DNA of 33,044 nt, from contig CAZLIO010000001.1 in NCBI GenBank assembly GCA_964559025.1, positions 1 to 33,044 of the forward strand, in the 5' to 3' direction. Positions within the stretch are counted from its first letter, which is position 1. Each line of letters begins with the position of its first letter. Source of the stretch: an uncultured Pirellulales bacterium (GTDB lineage: Bacteria; Planctomycetota; Phycisphaerae; Sedimentisphaerales; Anaerobacaceae). Below, one piece after another: positions 8,158-16,589 of this stretch. The notes under the pieces are model-generated. The model was not told the DNA's origin, searched no databases, and worked only from the letters and a program-made list of their open reading frames with translations. The position numbers and the translations under genes were made by a program.

Positions 8158-8715
8158 ATGGATTTAGTCACAATCATAGTAATAGCCGTTGGACTGGCAA
8201 TGGACGCTTTTGCGGTCTCTATTGTCAGCGGCAGTGTGTATCAGCAGTTGCACGTAAGGCACGCCGTGCGAATGGCTGTTTTTTTCGGCGGCTTTCAGGC
8301 GTTTATGCCGTTGATAGGTTCTCTTGCGGGGATGAGTGTAAAAGATTACATAGCGGATTATGACCACTGGGTCGCCTTTGGCCTTTTAGCTGCCGTCGGA
8401 GGCAAAATGATTTATGAGTCATTCAAGATTGAGTCGTCCAAGAAGAGTTTGGACCCCTCGAATGTCATGGTTTTGCTGGTTCTGGCCCTTGCTACGAGTA
8501 TCGATGCCCTGGCGATTGGTATTACCCTTTCACTTATCGTAAGCTCTATTACTGTTGCAGTGATAATAATAGGTCTGGTCACATTCGTGCTGTCATATTT
8601 AGGCGTTTTCATCGGCAAAAAATTCGGTCATTTTTTCGAAAACAAGATTGAGGCCCTCGGCGGAATAATCCTTATTGGTCTTGGGATTAAAATACTGTTT
8701 GAGCATACGTTGTGA
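8158..8715 (+). CDS. mntP: Manganese efflux pump MntP (DUF204 x2)
   Basis: The motif is duplicated (GLAMDAFAVSI and ATSIDALAIGI). The protein has about 6 TM helices and is 185 aa. Confidence 0.85.
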   Translation: MDLVTIIVIAVGLAMDAFAVSIVSGSVYQQLHVRHAVRMAVFFGGFQAFMPLIGSLAGMSVKDYIADYDHWVAFGLLAAVGGKMIYESFKIESSKKSLDPSNVMVLLVLALATSIDALAIGITLSLIVSSITVAVIIIGLVTFVLSYLGVFIGKKFGHFFENKIEALGGIILIGLGIKILFEHTL

Positions 8716-8974
8716 AGGCTCTTTCAAAGAGTGCCCAGCTTTTGAATCATACGTTTGATTATTTATCAAGGTGAAATAACATCTTGGTCATAATGCACCT
8801 TGTTCGCACCTCAATAATGAGCAGGGAATTTCGTTGATGGATGGTACTTGCCGATATTATACGAATGTTCGACAAGAAAGAAAGAACTCGTACCTCTCAG
8901 TTTTAATATGAAAGAGCCAGTTAAGCTTGTATCACCACGTTTCAGGACGAAAGGCATCCTGAGAGTTCGTATAC

Positions 8975-10549
8975 TCAGGGGCGCAGTAGGTCTCTCATTC
9001 TTTTAAGCAAATCGTATCGGGTAATCAAAATGTAGAGGGCAACAGCGTGGCAAATGATGAATACAACTTGCACAAGTGCACACGTGATCTTGGCATTCCT
9101 TTTCTTGAAGAACAGATACCCAAATAGAGGAAGAAAAAAGACAGCAGAATAAGCCAGCGATAATAAATAGTACATCTCTAAATGGCCATACGGCGCCCCC
9201 AAATCATACTCAGAGACAAGCACTAAGAATCCGCCGGTGGCTATGGGAAGCCAAAGGTAACCGAGCAGTCCCAACAATCCAAAAAAAGGGTGACGAAGGG
9301 CAAGAGCTAAAAGATAGAATTTAAGGGGACATATTGCGTTTCCAAACACGAGTGCGAGATATATTAATACAGCCCATAGTGATTTTCGACCAGTTTCGGT
9401 ATTGTACTGTATGTATTTCAGTATTCGGACGATATTATGGCGTTGGGATTTCAGGAGACGGACAAGGCCTACAATTAATAAGAAAACAAGGGCACACAGT
9501 ACGAGTAGTTTAATCACGACTAATAGTACTTCTCTGGCTTTGCGGACTAATGCTCTTTTGCGAAGTTCTCGTTCTGCTTGTGGGTCGTCGATTTTACCTA
9601 AGGCACTGGCTGCGGATAGGCGGACAGGTAAATTTTCATCTTTCAAGGCTTTGATGAGGGATTGGACTGCCTGTGGGTCGCCGATTTTACCTAAGGCATT
9701 GGCTGCGAATTGTCGGACACGAGAGTCCCTATCACTTAAAGCTTTGATGAGGGGCTGGACTGCCTGTGAGTCACCGATTTGCCCTAAGGTTCTTGCTGCT
9801 GATTGGCGGACCGATATGCCTTCATCTTCTAAGGCTTTTATGAGGAATTGGACTGCAGGTTGGCCGATTTGACTCAGTATATCGATTGCGGATATGCGGA
9901 CACGAGAGTCCCTATCACTTAAAGCTTTGATGAGGGGCTCAACTGCGGCTTGACCGATTTTGCCTAAGGCGGAGGCTGCGAGTCCTCGGACACTATAGTC
10001 TCTATCACTTAAGGCTTTGATGAGGGGCTGGATTGCCTGTGGGTCACCAATTTTGCCTAAGGCATTAATTGCGGATACGCGGACACCCAAATCTTCATCT
10101 TCCAAGGCTTTGATGAGTGGTTGTACTGATTGTGGGTCACCAATTTGGCCTAAGGCATCGGCTGCATATCCTCGGACATGATAGTTTTTATCACTTATGG
10201 CTTCGATGAGAGGTTGGACTGCGGGTTGACCGATTTTGCCTAAGGCGTCTGCTGCAGATTGGCGGACAGAGTGCCGCTTATCTCCGAGCTGTGCTATCAA
10301 TTCCTCTATTCTCTTTTGGGTATCTTCATCTGTTGGTGTCTGTGAAGCTGCCGATACAACTGCTGTTTGTGGCACTGCTGTCTTGCCCTGTGATTTTGCA
10401 GATACTGTAAATAAGAATGGTGTTAAGACTGCTATGATAAGCAGACTTTTTAGGATTTTGCGGGATTTTTTCTTTAGGTGTTTAGGAGTTGCTGTTAGCC
10501 CACCCGGCAATGTAAAACCGACGTTCCGATTTGGCACTTTCTGAAACAT
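8975..10549 (-). CDS. HEAT-repeat (PBS-lyase-type) protein with an N-terminal signal/anchor and a C-terminal polytopic membrane domain
   Basis: Eight 30-31-aa repeats have the consensus D.D..VR.SAA.ALGKIGDPQAVQPLIKAL. The N-terminal hydrophobic segment is ILKSLLIIAVLTPFLFTVSA. About 5 TM helices follow the repeats. I chose the start at ATG 10549 (AAAGGCGGAAAAATG); the ORF is open up to 10738. Confidence 0.8.
   Translation of the reverse strand: MFQKVPNRNVGFTLPGGLTATPKHLKKKSRKILKSLLIIAVLTPFLFTVSAKSQGKTAVPQTAVVSAASQTPTDEDTQKRIEELIAQLGDKRHSVRQSAADALGKIGQPAVQPLIEAISDKNYHVRGYAADALGQIGDPQSVQPLIKALEDEDLGVRVSAINALGKIGDPQAIQPLIKALSDRDYSVRGLAASALGKIGQAAVEPLIKALSDRDSRVRISAIDILSQIGQPAVQFLIKALEDEGISVRQSAARTLGQIGDSQAVQPLIKALSDRDSRVRQFAANALGKIGDPQAVQSLIKALKDENLPVRLSAASALGKIDDPQAERELRKRALVRKAREVLLVVIKLLVLCALVFLLIVGLVRLLKSQRHNIVRILKYIQYNTETGRKSLWAVLIYLALVFGNAICPLKFYLLALALRHPFFGLLGLLGYLWLPIATGGFLVLVSEYDLGAPYGHLEMYYLLSLAYSAVFFLPLFGYLFFKKRNAKITCALVQVVFIICHAVALYILITRYDLLKRMRDLLRP
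9572..10282 (-). repeat. Tandem 90-93-nt coding repeats (the HEAT array), with blocks identical at DNA level
   Basis: For example, CGGACACGAGAGTCCCTATCACTTAAAGCTTTGATGAGGGGCT occurs at 9714 and again at 9897 (offset 183 nt = 61 codons). Confidence 0.85.
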
Positions 10550-10870
10550 TTTTCCGCCTTTCGCTCCGACAATAATATCAGAATCTTCTTTTAATTGCAA
10601 AAATCTGCAAGTTTTTTTACAGATTTTTTTGCCAAAGTCGCTAAAAATCCAACTTTTAGGCCTAAAACACCTGTGCATCCCGAAAATATCGTCCTTCTTT
10701 ATTTGCAGGCATTTATGATAAGATGTTCCAGCCGGCATTTACCATATAAAACGCTTAACAGAACGGCTTAAGTCTCTCGGTTTGAATGAAGTATTGAATG
10801 TGTAATGAGATTGCAACCATCGCAGTTTTTTCTTCCACATCTTACAATCAAAGATGTTAATAATAGCGAC

Positions 10871-10899
10871 TTGCCGCCGGAGAGAAAAAACAATATAAT
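10871..10899 (+). promoter_or_regulatory. Candidate sigma70-type promoter for the DUF362 gene
   Basis: TTGCCG (10871-10876), a 17-nt spacer, then TATAAT (10894-10899), in the divergent intergenic region. Confidence 0.3.
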
Positions 10900-10974
10900 G
10901 CACATGCTTTTTTTATCAAACTAAAGAATTGCAAAATGGCAGGTTGTTCTGTTTAATAACTATTGGTGGTTTTT

Positions 10975-12051
10975 ATGAGCTCTAAGGTATATTTTATTAA
11001 GGCTTCAATTAAAGACGGCGAGAAGGTAATTTCCAAAAAGGCACGCAAGCTGTTTAAGGCCGGCGGTTTTGCAGGATGCTTTGAGGAAAATGATTTCACG
11101 GCGGTAAAGGTTCATGTCGGGGAGGGCAATAATAACACACACATAACAGCTCCCTGCATTAAAGGGCTGGTGGATGAGCTGCTTAAATTGAAAACAAGAC
11201 CATTTGTAACCGACACGACCACTTTATATGTCGGCCAGAGGCACAATGCCATCGACCATAGTAATTTGGCTGCAAAGCATGGATTTGGTCCGGAAGTTTT
11301 GGGGATACCATTTATTGTGCCGGACGGGTTGTTCGGAACAAGTGAGATATCGGTCGAGATAGACGGCGAAATAGATAAACAAGTTTTCATTGCGTCCGGT
11401 ATAGTCAAATGCCAGTCGCTCCTTTCGGTGGCTCATTTTACCGGCCATCCTGCAGCGTGTGCGGCAGCTACGCTCAAAACGCTCGGAATGGGTTGTGCAA
11501 GTAAAAAGGGCAAGATGAAACAGCACGCCGCTCTTAAGCTCAGCATCAGCAACGACTGTACACGTTGCGGCGTATGTTTTGAGCATTGCCCCGCCGATGC
11601 AATTACGCTTGACGATGTCAAGGCACACATCGACCAGGACAAGTGCATCGGCTGTGCAGAGTGCATGGCGATGTGCAGATTCGGTGCCGTCAAGTGCAAT
11701 TGGGGCCCGGAATGTGAAGTATTACAAAAAAGTATCGCTGAATATGCTCTGGGCACACTGAAGGGCAAAGAGGACAAGGCTGCATTTTTTAACTTTTTAA
11801 TGTCAGTTACCAAAAATTGTGATTGTTTTGACACGCCGGATATGGGTAAAATAGTTGATGATATCGGTATAGCCGCCTCGACCGACCCAGTGGCTGTCGA
11901 TAAGGCAGCGCTGGATTTGGTGGAGAACAAAGCGGGCCGGAAACTGGCTGAGCTGTTGAAGAATAATAAACTCGACCCGCGTTACCAGATTGAACACGCC
12001 GAGCGTATCGGCCTGGGAAGCAGTAGTTACGAGCTTATAGAAATTGATTAA
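10975..12051 (+). CDS. DUF362 domain protein with a 2x[4Fe-4S] ferredoxin insert
   Basis: The N-terminus KVYFIKAS...AVKVHVGE...PFVTDT is typical of DUF362. Two clusters are present: CTRCGVCFEHCP and CIGCAECMAMC. I prefer ATG 10975 over TTG 10963. Confidence 0.7.
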   Translation: MSSKVYFIKASIKDGEKVISKKARKLFKAGGFAGCFEENDFTAVKVHVGEGNNNTHITAPCIKGLVDELLKLKTRPFVTDTTTLYVGQRHNAIDHSNLAAKHGFGPEVLGIPFIVPDGLFGTSEISVEIDGEIDKQVFIASGIVKCQSLLSVAHFTGHPAACAAATLKTLGMGCASKKGKMKQHAALKLSISNDCTRCGVCFEHCPADAITLDDVKAHIDQDKCIGCAECMAMCRFGAVKCNWGPECEVLQKSIAEYALGTLKGKEDKAAFFNFLMSVTKNCDCFDTPDMGKIVDDIGIAASTDPVAVDKAALDLVENKAGRKLAELLKNNKLDPRYQIEHAERIGLGSSSYELIEID

Positions 12052-12076
12052 GGATTGGAAAATTTGAGGATTCATT

Positions 12077-12853
12077 ATGTCTCTGGGACAGATAATAAGA
12101 AAAAAACGTGAGCAGTTAAATCTGACTCTGGACGAGGTCAGCAATCGCATCGGTTTTTCCAAGCCGTACCTGTCAACCATTGAGACCGGCAAGGTTAAAA
12201 ACCCGCCCGGTGACGAGCTGCTCACTAGGTTGGAGAAGATACTTGAGTTTGAACCGGGCCTGCTGTTGCACATTGCTCATATAGAAGGTCTTCCTGCCGA
12301 TGTTCGTCAGGAATATGAATCCGCTGAGGCTGAAAGTCAGAAATGGCGGCAGGTTATCAAAAAGCTTATTGATAAAAAAGCTAATGCAAGCCGGCTCAGC
12401 AAGCTTCTTGCTGAAAGTGACTTGAACATTGAGCAGGACAGGTTGCCTCTGGCGGCTGGTCGATTAGTGCCCGTAATAAATAAAGTTTCAGCCGGCTATC
12501 CGAGTGATTTCAACGACCTGGACTACCCTGTGGGCATAGCCGACGATTACATTCGCTGTCCGGACATGCACGACCCGAACGCATTTGCAGTTCGGGTTGT
12601 CGGCGATTCGATGGAGCCGAAATTCCGCGAGGGTAATATAGTGATATTCTCACCCGCAGCCGAGGTGCATAATGGTGATGACTGCTTTGTTCGTTTTGCG
12701 ATGCCGCACGAGACGACCTTCAAGAGGGTGTTCTTCGAGTCGGAGAATAAAATTCGTCTTCAGCCGAGAAACGAAAAATATTCCCCCACAATCGTTGACG
12801 GCAAACGCATCAACGGCCTTTACCGAGCTGTAGTAAAGCACGAAAAACTGTAA
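12077..12853 (+). CDS. XRE-family HTH regulator fused to an S24 (LexA/CI-like) self-cleaving peptidase domain
   Basis: The HTH is LTLDEVSNRIGFSKPYLSTIETGK. The S24 domain has VVGDSMEPKFREGNIVIF (Ser) and TFKRV (Lys). Confidence 0.8.
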   Translation: MSLGQIIRKKREQLNLTLDEVSNRIGFSKPYLSTIETGKVKNPPGDELLTRLEKILEFEPGLLLHIAHIEGLPADVRQEYESAEAESQKWRQVIKKLIDKKANASRLSKLLAESDLNIEQDRLPLAAGRLVPVINKVSAGYPSDFNDLDYPVGIADDYIRCPDMHDPNAFAVRVVGDSMEPKFREGNIVIFSPAAEVHNGDDCFVRFAMPHETTFKRVFFESENKIRLQPRNEKYSPTIVDGKRINGLYRAVVKHEKL

Positions 12854-12892
12854 TTGTTTTTGGATGTTTAGCCGTCACCGGCACGGCGACGA

Positions 12893-13140
12893 TTAAGCAG
12901 ATAAAGAGGTGATGAAATCCCGGGATTGAGCACAGAGACCTGCGCAGGTAGGATTGGCCTGGATGTAGTTGGCCGCTGCCAGTAGTGCTTCACGGTCTGT
13001 AATAAAAACCTTCCAACAACCACGAGCCCAGGGGGTTTGTTTCAGCTCAAAGCCCGTGTTGCACTACCTTTGAGCTGATTAATAAGGTGCTCGATTCTGT
13101 ACTTTGAGCGAAGGATAAGCACGTGGACATGGTCATTCAT
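12893..13140 (-). pseudogene. Remnant of an IS200/RAYT-type (Y1 HUH) transposase: N-terminally truncated and frame-disrupted
   Basis: The minus strand reads MNDHVHVLILRSKYRIEHLINQLKGSATRALS*. After a +1 shift it continues LKQTPWARGCWKVFITDREALLAAANYIQANPTCAGL. The HVH (HUH) and YI..NP..AGL motifs are typical of this family, and about 60 N-terminal aa are absent. Confidence 0.55.
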
Positions 13141-15299
13141 TATTCCACAACAAAACAGGTAATACCCTTGGGGGCTATGTTAATTGGGATTTTGACATTA
13201 TATTCGCGATCAAGTTTATATTTTCTGCTCTTGCCCTTCTGCTCACGAATACTCACTGTCTTGATAAGTCCCGTATAGTACAGCGGAAGTTTCAATTGTT
13301 TTCTGACCGAGCGGTCCAGAGGATTATAGACCATTGCCAGGCCCTTTCGCTTCAGTTGCGGATTGACGTGCAGAATACAGTCGATGTCACGTCCATCAGG
13401 TCTGCGTACGTGAATAATGTCGGAGTCGAGTATATCACGGTACTCTTTGTAGAAGTCCACCCATTTTTTAACGAGTGCTTTTGTTTCTTCAGTGTCGTAC
13501 AAGCGGGGCCCACGGTAGCAGGCCTGCACGCCTGAGCCGAAGTTCTGTGCAAGGTGTGCACCGTAAGCATCGAGATGTTCGGACAGTGGTTCGAGCGTGG
13601 CTGCAGCTCCACCCCCATGGTACTGTACCAGCGGCACAAACATCCAGCCCATACTCGGCGTTTTCTTCCAGGTGCCGTCGAATATGTTCTGTCGGCCGAG
13701 GATAATCTGCCTTTCCCGCGGCAGCGACCAGTTGGTCTCACGGTAGCCCATTGCACTTTTGTTCGAGCCGTTCAGAAAATACCAGTCCGGAACATTCAGA
13801 TAGACCCCCCTGCTGCGGCACCACTTATAGAAATTGGTAATCTTCTTCCACTGTTTCCATTGCGAATCATTGAGCCCGCGATGCCCCGGATGGCTCCTCG
13901 AGGCGCAAACGTCACCGGGATAAGACCCATCGTGTTCGAGCAGGTCTAAGCCCGTTTGTTCGATGAAGATTTTGATTTTTCTAAAATACTCGGCACCCCA
14001 TCCGCTGCACAGGCACGGCGAATTTCCGAAAATCGCGCCGCCGGGTTTACCTGTTTTAGGATTGATAACATCGTGTTCATTACTTATCTTGCGGCTGGCC
14101 AGAAGCGAATATCCGCCGAGCTCAATATTTTTACTATGGGCGTCATCGACTAATTCTTTTATCTGCGCTATGTAGTCCGGGTCGACATTTTCCATATTAA
14201 AACCGCTGCCAAAGGTCATTATGACCATCTCGAACCCGACCTCAGCGCACTGGTCGATTGCCAGGCGCACCGCTTTTGGATTTGCGTGACGGACGTGCAT
14301 AATGATTGGGTTTTCCGTGGCCCACGGTGCGATAGTCCGGTACATCCTCCGCAGCGCCAAACCCTTGCGTTCACGTTCAGTGCTGTCGTAGATTAACTCA
14401 AATGTTCGAAAGGATTCAAACATTTTGCCAGGCTCAATAACCACGTCGGGACCAATTGGCGGCCGAGTCTCTAACATCAGCGGTGTCTTCCGCAGATAAT
14501 TGACCTGCGTCCTGTACTGTGGGTCAGCAACCCAATATGTCGTTTTATTGGCGCTTTTCGGGTCCCCTCCGTGAAAGGCGTAATCGCTATCGACGTGAAT
14601 ATTCGGATACTCCCATCTTTCAGGTTGTTCCACCAGTGACTCGTACTCTACTGCTGCAAGAATCTCGCTGATAAACGTATTGAGTCTGACAGGTTCTTCG
14701 CTGCCGTTGTGGATTGTCAGCCACTTTGCCAGCAGAGGAATGCCTTGATACATTTCATAATGGATTGAGAGAGTCAGTCCTTTGAGTTTATCGTCCGGCG
14801 GTTTGAAATGCAGCGTCAGCGTTTTTCCGAGTGGAGGCCAGGGTAACTTGGCCGAGTAGCGCTTGCGTTTCCAGTCGAAACGTCTTTTTATTTTGCCGAC
14901 TTCAAAACCTCTGAACTTAAAAGCATCGGGATTGCTGCTCAAAGAATCAACCCGCTCGGTCAGCAGATATGCGTATTCGACCTGCCCTTGTAAGCCGCCA
15001 ACTTCATACTTGCGTCCATCGAGTTCGATTATTGCTTCAGGCTTAATTCCACGAATGATAGATTGGCCGGTCATCAGGTTATCGTAGGCGACGGTAGCCG
15101 CGTTGGGTCGGAGCCGAAACGTTCGGCTGATAAGCCCGTTGCTCAGAACAATTTCCCTGCCATCGAGCCGTTTTTCAATCTTAACCGGCTCTTTAATTTG
15201 CGTAACGAGCCAGTCTGCGTCGATCGTCTTGCCTGAGACCGTACCTATGATGAACAATACCATTAACGTTATGATTAATGATTGTTTTACTTTAATCAT
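13140..15299 (-). CDS. Secreted glycoside-hydrolase-like protein (TIM-barrel, possibly alpha-galactosidase/clan GH-D-like; family not assigned)
   Basis: It is a 719-aa ORF with a signal peptide (MIKVKQSLIITLMVLFIIGTVSG) and SD AAGGA. The central GFEMVIMTFGSGF...LEHDGSYPG region looks like a barrel. The family call rests only on a weak recollection. Confidence 0.5.
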   Translation of the reverse strand: MIKVKQSLIITLMVLFIIGTVSGKTIDADWLVTQIKEPVKIEKRLDGREIVLSNGLISRTFRLRPNAATVAYDNLMTGQSIIRGIKPEAIIELDGRKYEVGGLQGQVEYAYLLTERVDSLSSNPDAFKFRGFEVGKIKRRFDWKRKRYSAKLPWPPLGKTLTLHFKPPDDKLKGLTLSIHYEMYQGIPLLAKWLTIHNGSEEPVRLNTFISEILAAVEYESLVEQPERWEYPNIHVDSDYAFHGGDPKSANKTTYWVADPQYRTQVNYLRKTPLMLETRPPIGPDVVIEPGKMFESFRTFELIYDSTERERKGLALRRMYRTIAPWATENPIIMHVRHANPKAVRLAIDQCAEVGFEMVIMTFGSGFNMENVDPDYIAQIKELVDDAHSKNIELGGYSLLASRKISNEHDVINPKTGKPGGAIFGNSPCLCSGWGAEYFRKIKIFIEQTGLDLLEHDGSYPGDVCASRSHPGHRGLNDSQWKQWKKITNFYKWCRSRGVYLNVPDWYFLNGSNKSAMGYRETNWSLPRERQIILGRQNIFDGTWKKTPSMGWMFVPLVQYHGGGAAATLEPLSEHLDAYGAHLAQNFGSGVQACYRGPRLYDTEETKALVKKWVDFYKEYRDILDSDIIHVRRPDGRDIDCILHVNPQLKRKGLAMVYNPLDRSVRKQLKLPLYYTGLIKTVSIREQKGKSRKYKLDREYNVKIPINIAPKGITCFVVE

Positions 15300-15354
15300 A
15301 ATCTCATTTCCTTTTTTTAACTGTAGTTCTTTTGCAGCTGTCGTTAGCTAATTC

Positions 15355-15536
15355 CTGTTGCGGAAAACAAAAAACAACGATGTCACCCCTGCGAACCTGT
15401 CCTGAGCGAAGCCTGCCCTGAGCGCAGTCGAATGGGTCGAAGGAGCAGTGGTCCAGAGCGAAAAATCTGGATTCCCGCTGGAGTTTATCCCGCACACAAT
15501 GCGGGGCGGGAATAACAAATACTGTTTCCGCAACAG
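15355..15536. repeat. MITE-like element of about 180 bp bounded by 13-14-nt terminal inverted repeats, carrying one minus-orientation copy of the interspersed GCTCAGGGCAGGC element
   Basis: The left end is CTGTTGCGGAAAAC (15355-15368) and the right end is GTTTCCGCAACAG (15524-15536). Internal nested hairpins include ATTCCCGC...GCGGGAAT. The core at 15382-15436 (minus strand) is CCATTCGACTGCGCTCAGGGCAGGCTT. Confidence 0.5.
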
Positions 15537-15539
15537 ATA

Positions 15540-16295
15540 CTATCTAATATTTTGGCCGGCGACGGCTAAAACCAACGCAAAGACTTTTGAAGCACCGGCT
15601 TGTTTCAATGTTTTTGCACACTCGTTCAGCGTTGCACCGGTTGTCTTGATATCATCGACAAGGCAAATCTTTCGCTCAGTAAAATTATGTCCATAACGAA
15701 CAGCAAAGGCACCGGCGACATTTTTAGCACGTGCGGCGGGACTCGCCATTGCCGGCTGTAATTTGGTTCGGCGGGTTCGGACAAGCTCTGTGCTGATTTG
15801 GGCTGTGGGATGCTTTAATTTCCTGATTAAAACCTGCGATTGATTGTAGCCGCGAGCCAATCGCCTCGACCAGTGCAGCGGTACAGGAACGAAAAGCTCT
15901 ATATCATTATAAAAGCCACTCCCCTGCAAAGCGGAATTGGCCAAAAATCCTACCGCTAAATCCAGCTCTGTTCGGCCGTTTTTGAAGGCCAATATCATTT
16001 TTTGCAGGGCCTGGCTATAAACTCCACTGCGGGATATCCGGTCAAAGTGAAATTCTTTACCCTGGCAATCGGGGCAGGCCCCTTCCAGCAATGCAAATTT
16101 ACTGGCATCCCGGCCGCAGCGCCGGCAGTAATCAGCGCCCATGCAGGCCAGAAGCTGGGACCAGCAATTCTTGCACAGGTTGTTATCAGTTTCACAGATG
16201 TTTTCGCCGCAATTGATACATACTGCCGGCCAAAGAAGCTGGTTTAAGCCCTGCAGAGCAAAGTTAAAAGCTCGTTTTGTCTTTGTTGTATTCAC
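15540..16295 (-). CDS. comF: ComF-family protein (double zinc ribbon + phosphoribosyltransferase domain)
   Basis: The N-terminus has the Cys pairs C..C...C..C. The C-terminus has the PRTase motif ICLVDDIKTTGATL. Confidence 0.8.
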   Translation of the reverse strand: MNTTKTKRAFNFALQGLNQLLWPAVCINCGENICETDNNLCKNCWSQLLACMGADYCRRCGRDASKFALLEGACPDCQGKEFHFDRISRSGVYSQALQKMILAFKNGRTELDLAVGFLANSALQGSGFYNDIELFVPVPLHWSRRLARGYNQSQVLIRKLKHPTAQISTELVRTRRTKLQPAMASPAARAKNVAGAFAVRYGHNFTERKICLVDDIKTTGATLNECAKTLKQAGASKVFALVLAVAGQNIR

Positions 16296-16542
16296 GCCGG
16301 CAATTATATAGACAGTAACTCAGATTAACCACTCAGAAAATATGAAAGCCGGCCTGCAAATGGTTAAACTTAGCGAATATCGCTTTATTATAAGCAAAAG
16401 TGGTCATATATTCAGCTATACTGATGTGACTGCGCTTTTTAAAAGATAACAATCTTAAGCCAAGTTTTTTGTAACCTCTTTATTTACAATGTTCTATATT
16501 CGGTTGCCCGGCTATATTTGTGGTGTTTTTTAGGGTTCCGAC

Positions 16543-16571
16543 TTGACTATCGTGCTTTTGACCGTTATAAT
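16543..16571 (+). promoter_or_regulatory. Candidate sigma70-type promoter for folC
   Basis: TTGACT (16543-16548), a 17-nt spacer, then TATAAT (16566-16571). The ATG at 16590 lies only 18 nt past the -10 box, and there is no SD. Confidence 0.4.
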
Positions 16572-16589
16572 TGTTATAGTTAAATTTGT

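Noticed and set aside
8717-8750. A possible intrinsic terminator follows mntP (GGCTCTTTCAAAGAGTGCC followed by CAGCTTTT).
   Set aside because: The stem is imperfect with an impossibly small loop, leaving an effective helix of only about 5 bp. It is too weak to call.
9402-10544. Plus-strand ORFs (156 aa and 102 aa) lie antisense to the HEAT-repeat gene. I also considered whether the periodic repeats could be a CRISPR array.
   Set aside because: The repeats are contiguous units of 90-93 nt with no unique spacers, and they encode in-frame HEAT repeats on the minus strand. The antisense ORFs are low-complexity, repeat-derived translations (…SPILPKALAA…) with no start signals.
10837-10857. The inverted repeat ACATCTT-N7-AAGATGT in the divergent promoter region could be an operator for the XRE-S24 repressor.
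   Set aside because: The arms are only 7 bp, no second copy is seen and nothing links it to the regulator. It cannot be distinguished from chance.
15304-15696. Three small ORFs (63, 61 and 82 aa) span the comF-glycosidase intergenic region.
   Set aside because: They are translations of the interspersed repeat or MITE-like element (…FDCAQGRLRSGQ…) and overlap the comF 3' end. They have no SD and no coherent protein features.
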